Shown piece by piece: positions 30,646 to 38,602 of a stretch of DNA of 64,000 nt. A model generated the notes under the pieces. It was not told the DNA's origin. It was given only the letters and a program-made list of their open reading frames with translations, and searched no databases. Numbering within the stretch: position 1 is the first letter of the stretch; each line of letters begins with the position of its first letter. Where the stretch lies: assembly GCA_963815195.1 (NCBI GenBank), contig CAWFGE010000018.1:1-64000 (forward strand), written 5' to 3'. The position numbers and the translations under genes are program-made. The stretch is from an uncultured Planctomycetaceae bacterium (GTDB lineage Bacteria > Planctomycetota > Planctomycetia > Planctomycetales > Planctomycetaceae).

Positions 30646-32721
30646 TCAGCCATTGTTGTGCCCCCTTGGGATAGTGATTTGCTCGGTTTCGTGATTTTTG
30701 AGTTTTAGCATGGCGTCTTTAACCTCCTCAGTTTTGGGAAACAGATAGCACCGATAAATTGGATCGACAGAAACCACGATCTGTCTTTGCTCAATTTTAT
30801 GATACATCCAGGATATGTTGCGCCCGATTTCCTGAGCCATTTCCGCGGCGGTCCAGGCATGGGGCAGGTTCTTTGCACGCGGGCTTTTGATCCGGTAGCG
30901 ATGTCTTAACTTGTTCACGATTTGCGAGGTGAATTGTTCGCCACGACAGGGATGATGGCCTTCGCGATTGAGATCCGCCGCGATCATTTCACTCGACCGG
31001 CCTTCGCTGGTTTCTTGCCGGATGCGTTCCACGATGTGCTCTTCCAAGTCCGTGTGTTTCATTGAAAAACGCCGTAGGAGAGCCGACGTTTCGGTCACCG
31101 AACCGCCGGCCCAGACCATGCGAATTTGCACCAGCCCATCCGATTGCCGGTGAAGATTGACTCCCGTAATCATCGTCCGCAACAACGACTTCTTCGCCTC
31201 CCAAGACAACTCGGGCCAGAGTTCGGGAAGCTGCCGCCCGACATCCGCGAAGGCGTCTCGCAAGGACTTTGGTACGCGGATCGGTTGGGGAATTTCTCGG
31301 CGGGCATCCGCCAGGTTTTCTTCGGCTTGCTTTTGTGCCAACAAAGCCGATTCCCATTTCTCTTCCAGACTGGCCGCAATCAAACGGTTCTTGGGATCGA
31401 CACAGTCGTATTGTTGCTCGGCCCGATGGGCGGCGTATTGCAAGCGCCCGACGTCTTGCTCCAAATGCCGAACCACGTCCGCATGCGTGCGAGCCCTTTC
31501 GGCGGAGAGTTTCTCCAACACATCGATCTCGGCAGGCCGCAGCACTTCAAAGAAAGCTTCCGTCACCGCCTCGTCGATCTTGTTGCCGCCCAAGTACTGG
31601 CAGGATCGTTGGGCGTAATGCCGATAGCCAGAATTGCATGAGTATTGAAAGCGGTTCTCCTTGTAATTCACTCCCATCGTTCGACCGCATTTTCCGCAGC
31701 GCAATAAGCCCGTTAACAACGCGCAGCCGTTGCGGATGGCTTGCTTGGCGGCGAGTCGTTGTTGGATGCGGAGGTTGTTTTGAGCGATTCGGCGTTGGTT
31801 GTCTTCGTACTGCTCCCAACTGATATAGGCCGGGTAGATGCCGGGAATTAAGACCGACCATTCCGCTTGGGGCCGGCGCGTGCGACCCGTGGCAGGACGA
31901 CCGGGAATTCGTAGCGTGGGATCGACTTGCCGACGCCCATGAGCAAACGCGCCTGCATAAGCCGGGTTATGCAGGATCGAGCCCAACGAAGCGGCCGTGG
32001 CTTCTCTCCAAAACACTTCGCCCGCATAAAGGCCCGAAACTTGGCGCCGGGGAATCTTCAAATTTTTCTTGGCCAGGAACGTCAAGACTTTTTGAATCGT
32101 GCCCAACTCCACGAACTTGTCGAACACCAAATGCAATCGCTTTTGAATGCTCAGATCGGGATCGAGCATCACCGTCTTGTCCAGATTGCGGACCAAGCCC
32201 GTCGGCAAGTTTTGCACCAACTCGCCCCGCGCGGCCTTCGACAATCGACCCGCGTCCAATCGCAATCGGAGGCTATGGAGCTCTGCCGAAGACATCGTGC
32301 CCTTCAAGCCTAAGAGGAGCCTGTCGTTGAAATCCCGTGGATGATACAACCCATCCACATCACCGATGAGTGTGTCAAAGATCGCACACAATTCCAACAG
32401 TCGATGCCAATCCACATCGTTGCGGGAAAGCCGTGAAACTTCATAGCCCAGAATGATGCCAACCTTACCCAAGCCGACGTCGGCGACCATCTGTTGAAAG
32501 GCCCCGCGTCCCGCCGTTTGCGTGGCCGATTGCCCTTGATCATCCTCCAGGATGCTGACTTGTTCCGGCTTCCACCCCAACTCCAACAACCGGGTTTTCA
32601 AGGCTCGCTGGTTGTGGGCACTCTCTTGGTTTTTCTCGACCTGCTTCGTCGTGCTCTGACGAAGATATACGATCCCGCGGCGATTCAAATGGCTGGTGCT
32701 GACTTTCATCGATCCGTTCAT
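30646..32721 (-). CDS. Large serine recombinase (catalytic, recombinase and Zn-ribbon domains), 691 aa
   Basis: VYLRQST, EVSRLSRN, ILHNPAYAG, LTGLLRCGKCG...YSC...C, coiled coil. Confidence 0.95.
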   Translation of the reverse strand: MNGSMKVSTSHLNRRGIVYLRQSTTKQVEKNQESAHNQRALKTRLLELGWKPEQVSILEDDQGQSATQTAGRGAFQQMVADVGLGKVGIILGYEVSRLSRNDVDWHRLLELCAIFDTLIGDVDGLYHPRDFNDRLLLGLKGTMSSAELHSLRLRLDAGRLSKAARGELVQNLPTGLVRNLDKTVMLDPDLSIQKRLHLVFDKFVELGTIQKVLTFLAKKNLKIPRRQVSGLYAGEVFWREATAASLGSILHNPAYAGAFAHGRRQVDPTLRIPGRPATGRTRRPQAEWSVLIPGIYPAYISWEQYEDNQRRIAQNNLRIQQRLAAKQAIRNGCALLTGLLRCGKCGRTMGVNYKENRFQYSCNSGYRHYAQRSCQYLGGNKIDEAVTEAFFEVLRPAEIDVLEKLSAERARTHADVVRHLEQDVGRLQYAAHRAEQQYDCVDPKNRLIAASLEEKWESALLAQKQAEENLADARREIPQPIRVPKSLRDAFADVGRQLPELWPELSWEAKKSLLRTMITGVNLHRQSDGLVQIRMVWAGGSVTETSALLRRFSMKHTDLEEHIVERIRQETSEGRSSEMIAADLNREGHHPCRGEQFTSQIVNKLRHRYRIKSPRAKNLPHAWTAAEMAQEIGRNISWMYHKIEQRQIVVSVDPIYRCYLFPKTEEVKDAMLKLKNHETEQITIPRGHNNG

Positions 32722-32824
32722 GCTCCAGTTCCTCCGTTAGAATGACGACGATTTGCTGGATGATCCGCTGCTGCTCTGGAAGAGTCAGACGGTTCCACAC
32801 CTGGTCCGTGGCAATGGGTGACAT
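32540..32824 (-). CDS. Small LSR-associated accessory protein
   Basis: GGAGG RBS; VWNRLTLPEQQRIIQQI; the 3' end overlaps the LSR, so its extent is uncertain. Confidence 0.5.
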   Translation of the reverse strand: MSPIATDQVWNRLTLPEQQRIIQQIVVILTEELEHERIDESQHQPFESPRDRISSSEHDEAGREKPRECPQPASLENPVVGVGVEAGTSQHPGG

Positions 32825-33119
32825 CGGCTTCCCTCCGAGAAAGAATATCCCGAAAGGTAGTCACCAAATCCTGGAGCGCGTCCAGGGTCAGACAGGAAGT
32901 TTTTTGGGGAGGAGCGGTGGAAAGGTTCGTGCTGCTGACGTCGATGTAGGTCATCTCGTCAGGAAAAATCTCGACTTGATAATACTGACGATAACCTGGC
33001 AGGCGGGCTAAGCCGAACAAATCAAATGTTCGGCCATAAAGCGGATGGGCCGGATCGGTGACGGTGATCTCACCGCGCGATAACTGAGTGACCAGAGGGG
33101 TCTTGTGATGGTCGGACCT
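32718..33119 (-). CDS. DUF5372/Y4bD-like accessory ORF lacking its start in the integrated state
   Basis: EITVTDPAHPLYGRTF motif; frame open to the att core with no ATG before the motif. Confidence 0.6.
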   Translation of the reverse strand, partial: RSDHHKTPLVTQLSRGEITVTDPAHPLYGRTFDLFGLARLPGYRQYYQVEIFPDEMTYIDVSSTNLSTAPPQKTSCLTLDALQDLVTTFRDILSRREADVTHCHGPGVEPSDSSRAAADHPANRRHSNGGTGA

Positions 33120-33450
33120 TCCCAGTTCCGGGCGGACCGAGCAGCAAAATGTCGGCGGCTTCGCGAATAAACTTCCCCGTCGCCAGGTCCATGATTCGGC
33201 GTTTGGGGAGAGTGGGGTTGAAGGAAAAATCGAGTTGGTCGAGGGTCTTCATCTCGCGGAACTGGGCCAGCTTCAATCGCCGATCGATCGCCCGTTGGCG
33301 ACGGATTGCCAACTCATCGCTTAACACCAGTTCCAAGAACTCGGCATGCGACAAGCCGTTGCCGATGGCTTCTTGCAGCCTGACTTCCAAGGATTCGATC
33401 AGGCCGCTCAAGCGGAGTTGCTTCAGCATCTGCATTAAATTTCCATTCAT
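33118..33450 (-). pseudogene. istB: istB N-terminal fragment
   Basis: LKQLRLSG...KTLDQLDFSFNP...LLLGPPGTGK; overlaps the istA stop. Confidence 0.92.
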
Positions 33451-35030
33451 CGGTTTTGCTCCTTTCGAAGAGCGGCTTTGACAAACTCGGAATAACTCAC
33501 CAGCGGCCGAATGACCGGGTGTTCGTCTAAAAACTCAAACTGGGCTTGCACGGGGGCGTTGCGGTCGATCAGCTTGCGAACGGTCCTCAGTCGGTAGGCT
33601 CCATACGAGTGGGCGGTGCGGCACGCGCGTTCGATGTCCTCGCGCGAATGCTTGTCGGCCAGTTGCTTGAGGCCCATCAACACCCGCACGCCCTCAATGC
33701 CGCGTGCTCCCAGCATGGCCGCGGACCAATCCCTGGTTTCCGGGCCGATTTCGCTGACTTTCGCCAGCCACCAGGTGGCTCCGCGTTCCACGCCGGAGAT
33801 TTTCCTCGCGTGCAAATGGGTGTTCTGCGTGCTGAACTTTCCCGGTTCTTGACGGGCATGCAAGGCGATCTGTTCCAGCTTGGCATTGAAGATGCGCACC
33901 AGCCGCGCATCCCAGCGCACCCAGACTTTCCTTCCCAGAAATTCCGGCGGCACGGAGTAATACGCCTTGTCCACGGAAATGTGCCCATCGCGATGCACGC
34001 TCCGCAGGGCTTCATGGAAAAACGGAAATCGTTCCAACGGCAACGGCAACGGAAACAGTGCTGACCGTTCCCGTTCGCGAAACGCCTTGCCCACTTGCTC
34101 TCTGGTCGTTCCATGAATCCGCGTATCGGCCACGGTGGATTCCCAGGCCCACAAGTGTTCGTTCTGTTCGCGCAGGCTTCGGAACGTCCGCCCTTTGAGT
34201 GCGTTTTCTTGGGCGTAGTCCACGCCGCGTTCGACCTTGCCTTTGTGTCGGGGCGTGCGAACCCGCGTGGGCAAAAACACCGTGCCGTAGTGCGCGGCGA
34301 ACGATTGAATCTTGGGGTTCAGTTCCGGGTCGAACCAATCCGCCTTGCTCACGGCGGCGCGCAAGTTATCGATGATCAGAGTCTTGGGCACACCTCCAAA
34401 ATGCCAGAACGCACTCTCCAGACACCGAATGAAGTTGTCGGTGGTCTGGCGATCGATCGCTTCCGTGTAGCCTTTACGGCTGTGGCTCAGCACGACCCGC
34501 AACACGTGTGGCCGGCGACGACGGCCGTTCTCATCCACGACGGCCGCGGCTTGGCCAAAGTCCACTTGAGCTTCCGCGCCGGGTGCGCATTCCAATCGAC
34601 GAAACGGCAACTCCTTCGAAGACCGCAACTGCCGCACGAAGCGTTTCACGCTGTCGTCACCATGGGGAAAATCATGGTCATTCGACAGGTCCTGGAAAAT
34701 TCGCTGCGCGGAAAGTCCCTGGCCGAGCTTTTCTAAAATGACATCCCGCCAAGGCTCGCAGCGGCTCCGCGAAAGTTCCGACTCGTCCTTCTCAGAATCG
34801 TCTTCAAGGGCCTCACGAAGGTCCTCCGACCCGGCGGGCAGTTGGCCCTCGGACCCGGTGGGCACTTTGGCCTCGGACCCGGTGGGCACTTTGGCCGGTT
34901 TTGAAGCGAGATGGGCGGCCACCGTTGAACGGTGAATGCCCAATTCGCGGGCAATCTTGCGCAAAGACCAGCCTTGAGCGCGCAAAGTGTGAATGGCTTG
35001 AACCGTGTCCATCGAGAGCTGATTCGACAT
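33447..35030 (-). CDS. istA: IS21 transposase IstA
   Basis: HTH, PGAEAQVDFG, FGGVPKTLIIDN, KGKVERGV, YSVP. Confidence 0.95.
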   Translation of the reverse strand: MSNQLSMDTVQAIHTLRAQGWSLRKIARELGIHRSTVAAHLASKPAKVPTGSEAKVPTGSEGQLPAGSEDLREALEDDSEKDESELSRSRCEPWRDVILEKLGQGLSAQRIFQDLSNDHDFPHGDDSVKRFVRQLRSSKELPFRRLECAPGAEAQVDFGQAAAVVDENGRRRRPHVLRVVLSHSRKGYTEAIDRQTTDNFIRCLESAFWHFGGVPKTLIIDNLRAAVSKADWFDPELNPKIQSFAAHYGTVFLPTRVRTPRHKGKVERGVDYAQENALKGRTFRSLREQNEHLWAWESTVADTRIHGTTREQVGKAFRERERSALFPLPLPLERFPFFHEALRSVHRDGHISVDKAYYSVPPEFLGRKVWVRWDARLVRIFNAKLEQIALHARQEPGKFSTQNTHLHARKISGVERGATWWLAKVSEIGPETRDWSAAMLGARGIEGVRVLMGLKQLADKHSREDIERACRTAHSYGAYRLRTVRKLIDRNAPVQAQFEFLDEHPVIRPLVSYSEFVKAALRKEQNR

Positions 35031-35144
35031 CGCTTGTTTTCCTCTGAGAAAACTCAAAGGAGAACAAAATGTCGAATCCCTTTCCTCTCAAAATGGCCGG
35101 TTTTGAACTGCCCACAAGTGGCCGGTTTTCACTGCCCGGTGACA

Positions 35145-35903
35145 GCGGCGATCGTCGACTATTTTGACCAGCATCCCTTGGAAGGCTATCGCCGGCTGAC
35201 GTTCATGATGCTCGATGATGACATCGTCGCCACAAGCCCGGCGACGGTGTATCGCGTGCTCAAAGCGAACCGGCGATTGGACCGCAGGAAGTTCTCGCCG
35301 TCCAAGAAAGGCACAGGCTTCGTGCAGCCCTTAAAACCCCACGAACACTGGCACATCGACGTGTCTTACATCAACGTGGAAGGCACGTTTTACTACCTGA
35401 CCAGCGTCTTGGATGGCTGCAGCCGGGCCATTTTGCACTGGGACCTCAAGGAGTCGATGACCGAACAGGACGTGGAAGTTATTCTGCAAAAAGCGATCGA
35501 GACCTACCCCGGCGAATCGCCGCGGATCATCTCGGACAACGGGCCGCAGTTCATCGCGCGGGACTTCAAAGAGTTCATCCGCCTCGTGGGCGCCACACAC
35601 GTGCGGACCAGTCCGTACTATCCCCAATCGAACGGCAAGATCGAACGTTGGCACGGAAGTTTGAAGTCCGAATGTATCCGGCCGAGTTGTCCGGCCAACG
35701 TCGAGGAAGCCCGGCGAAAGATTCAAAGCTATGTGGATCATTACAATAATGTGCGGCTGCATTCGGCCATCGGCTATGTGACGCCCGCCGATAAACTGGC
35801 GGGCATCGAACAGGAGATCTTCACCGAACGCGACCGCAAGTTGGAAACCGCCCGAACGCGCCGTCAGGCCGCCCGGCAATTCGCGCGACAGGAGGTTGCT
35901 TGA
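35145..35903 (+). pseudogene. IS3/IS481-like DDE transposase, 5'-truncated by IS21; element end probably near 36167
   Basis: GYRRLT, HWHIDVSY, ISDNGPQF, PQSNGKIERWH, RLHSAIGY; begins exactly at the IS21 end. Confidence 0.85.
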
Positions 35904-36223
35904 TGACAAGCCGCATGGCACAATCGAATGCGACCTGGGCGGAGGATACGGCTCTGCTGAGGAGCACCCGGAGCGCCGCCCCAGGGGCCAAGACCGGAGG
36001 CGGGATCAAGCCCCTTCCCTTGATCCCGCCCGTTTCGAAAACCCTCCGGGATTGGCACCAAAGCGAAAAACCTTCGCGGCAGGATGCCGCGAAATCCGCG
36101 ACAGGAGGTCACCTTCCACTGACTAACACCAACACGCCCAAATTCCACTTACCGCTGAACCAGGACAGAATGATCGCGCTCTCTGGTACTGCGTAAAACC
36201 AAAAACGTGTGGTTGAACAAATC

Positions 36224-36376
36224 AGTCGCAGAGCGCTAGCCCCGGTTTTTCTGGCTGATCCAGCTTCTGGGCATTTACAATGCACTCGTGGATTGTCAAT
36301 CCTAAAAAGTGGGCTCGGGTGCAACGTGCTAACATCCACTTCGCCCACGAAAACCGGGGCTAGCGCCCTGCGGCTA
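36224..36376. repeat. Inverted pair of REP-like sequences (REPIN/MITE-like)
   Basis: agtcgcagagcgctagccccggtttt ... aaaaccggggctagcgccctgcggct. Confidence 0.75.
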
Positions 36377-36509
36377 ATTTTTGGGTCTGCGAAACCGTTC
36401 ACGAAAAAAAACCGCAAAGGAAGCTCTTGCCGGACCGGGCGGGGGCCGATAGGATTTTGGAGGCCCGGCGCCGCGTTGATGGGCTTTGAATATCGGCGCA
36501 CCACTCTCT

Positions 36510-37613
36510 ATGGCGAATGAAAAACTTCGGCGGCAGATCGTGTTCGAAGCCGCCCGCTTGATGTACCATCGCTACGAAACCGAGTATTACCGGGCCAAGA
36601 TGAAGGCGGCCCGCAAAGTCTGCCAAGGTTGGGTCAAGCCGTCCGACCTCCCCAGCAACCGGGAAATCCGCGCGGAGATTCAGCGGTTCGCCTACCTGCA
36701 CGAAGGCGACTCCCGCCACGACAATCTGCAGGACATGCGGATCGAAGCCCTGCGGATGCTCCGGCTGCTCCAATCGTTCAAGCCCCGGCTCATCGGCAGC
36801 ACGCTCACCGGGCACATCCGGCAGGGGTCGGACATCGACATCCACGTGTTCTCCAGCAGCGTGGAAGCCGTCACCGGCGTGCTCGATTACGAGGGTATGG
36901 TTTACGATGTCGAGCACAAGCGCGTGCGAAAGCACGGCGAAGAGCGGCTCTTCACGCACATCCACATCCAAGACCGTTTTCCCATCGAACTCACGCTCTA
37001 CCCTCCCGATAAAGCCCATTACGTTTTCAAAAGTTCGATCACCGGCAAAGGCATCGAGCGGGCGTCCCTCGCCGAGTTCGAAAGCCTGTTGCAGCAGGAA
37101 TATCCCGCCCTGTCGCTCGATGAGGCCTTGATCGAAGCCGAGAGCAAGATCGACCGGTTTCAAGTCTATCGTTCGCTGCTGCTGCCTTTGGAGGGGGTGA
37201 AACAGCCTCGGAAATATCACCCCGAAGGCGATGCGCTCTATCACAGTCTGCAAGTGTTCGATCTCGCCCGCGATGAGCTGCCTTATGACGAGGAGTTTCT
37301 GCTCGCGGCGCTCCTCCATGATGTAGGCAAGGCAATTGATCCCGCCGACCATGTCAAGGCCGCGCTCGAATCGCTTGAAGGCTTTTGCACCGAGCGGACA
37401 CTGTGGCTGATCGAGCATCACATGGAGGCCCACGCGATTAACGAGGGCACCATCGGAGCCCGCGCCCGCCGGCGGCTCCATCAGAACGAGAACTTTGAGG
37501 AACTGCTCCTGCTCGGCGAGTGCGATCGCGCCGGGCGCGTGGCCGGGGTGGACGTGCCCGACGTGGACGAAGCCCTCGACGATCTCCGCGAGTTGTCGCG
37601 GTTGTGCGGCTGA
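36510..37613 (+). CDS. Nucleotidyltransferase + HD-domain protein
   Basis: GSTLTGHIRQGSDIDIH (Pol-beta-like GS..DxD); HPEGD...H, LLHDVGK HD domain. Confidence 0.85.
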   Translation: MANEKLRRQIVFEAARLMYHRYETEYYRAKMKAARKVCQGWVKPSDLPSNREIRAEIQRFAYLHEGDSRHDNLQDMRIEALRMLRLLQSFKPRLIGSTLTGHIRQGSDIDIHVFSSSVEAVTGVLDYEGMVYDVEHKRVRKHGEERLFTHIHIQDRFPIELTLYPPDKAHYVFKSSITGKGIERASLAEFESLLQQEYPALSLDEALIEAESKIDRFQVYRSLLLPLEGVKQPRKYHPEGDALYHSLQVFDLARDELPYDEEFLLAALLHDVGKAIDPADHVKAALESLEGFCTERTLWLIEHHMEAHAINEGTIGARARRRLHQNENFEELLLLGECDRAGRVAGVDVPDVDEALDDLRELSRLCG

Positions 37614-37794
37614 AAACGGTTCTGCCCATCGAATCGTTTGCGCAATCGCCGTCGGATGCTGGCAGTGAAGGGGCGCGCGGCCGCGGGAGTTTCTGAGTTT
37701 TTCGATCGAATCTGTCGGCCCGTCCGCGCTCCTGCCCATGTACGTGTTAGGTTTGATTGAGAGACTTCCGCACGTTCCATGAAGGAATTCTAAG

Positions 37795-38565
37795 ATGATT
37801 CGAATCAGCGGCCTGGTGGCGGGATTGGTTTTGCTTGTGGTGATGTCGCAATGCGTCTCGCCCGCCTCGGCTTGGGACCACGATGACGACGACGGCTTTT
37901 CCCGGGGAGGCTTCAAACACAATCGTCATTCAGGGTTTTTCGGTGTCGGCGGCCGGCGGTCCGGATTTGGTCCGGGGATCCTGCTTCCCGGCGCATTGGG
38001 CGGGCGGAATTATTATTCCCGAGGATTTGCCGGCCCGCAGCCAGTGCTCATTCAGCAACAGCCAGTGCTGATTCAGCAACAGCCGGCTCAGTTCCCGCAG
38101 CAGCCGATTGTTCCTCCGCCGTTGCCTCCCTCGGCCTTTCAGCAAAACACTCAAGCGTATCCGCCCGCACCGGCGTATCCGTCCAATCCCACTTATCCGC
38201 CCGCTCCGTCGTATCCGCCCCAATCCAATCTACTGACCCCGCCCCAACCGAGCCCGCCGCCGGCGCCGGTTCCTCAAGGACAGCCGGGCCAATTCGTGCC
38301 CGAGGCCGTGCCTTTGTATCCGTACGTGCAAGTCAAAGATGCGAACAAGGTGCCGGCGTTTGCAGTTCAGAGGATTCTCGCCGTCGCGAGTCCCGACCCG
38401 TTGCGGTTTCCGGGGTGCGTCTACGTGCCAGTTTCCGTGCCGCCGACGCCCTGCCAAGGCGTCAAAGTCAAAGACGGCGGCGCGAAGACCGTGCTGAACT
38501 ACGGCGAGTTCGAGGTCGAAGTCACGTCCAACCGGGGCGTGGTGACTGTTGACTACGACGATTGA
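37795..38565 (+). CDS. Secreted proline-rich hypothetical protein
   Basis: Signal peptide ending ASA-W, YPP repeats, short beta-rich C-terminal domain. Confidence 0.7.
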   Translation: MIRISGLVAGLVLLVVMSQCVSPASAWDHDDDDGFSRGGFKHNRHSGFFGVGGRRSGFGPGILLPGALGGRNYYSRGFAGPQPVLIQQQPVLIQQQPAQFPQQPIVPPPLPPSAFQQNTQAYPPAPAYPSNPTYPPAPSYPPQSNLLTPPQPSPPPAPVPQGQPGQFVPEAVPLYPYVQVKDANKVPAFAVQRILAVASPDPLRFPGCVYVPVSVPPTPCQGVKVKDGGAKTVLNYGEFEVEVTSNRGVVTVDYDD

Positions 38566-38602
38566 GAGACTTCGCAAATAGGAGCGGCAGGGCGCGCACT
38601 TT

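Larger units (their letters stand above)
30643..33117 (-). mobile_element. LSR-encoding integrative element inserted in the istB Walker A lysine codon
   Basis: AAG is present at both junctions (plus-strand ctt at 30640-30642 and 33118-33120); removing the element restores GPPGTGKSH. Confidence 0.88.
30451..35144 (-). mobile_element. IS21-family element (left end at 35144; right part lost)
   Basis: Minus strand begins TGTCACC followed by tandem GGGCAGT(GA/TCA)AAACCGGCCA end repeats; contains istA-istB. Confidence 0.88.

Noticed and set aside
34820..34900. 24-bp tandem repeat within istA (AKVPTGSE)
   Set aside because: In-frame linker repeat of a kind common in IS21 istA; no spacers, so not a CRISPR or separate element.
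7842..36167. CRISPR-associated transposon (type I-B CAST)
   Set aside because: cas3 and the adaptation genes are present, no tnsABC/tniQ is seen, and the IS/LSR stack is about 12 kb away with no link.
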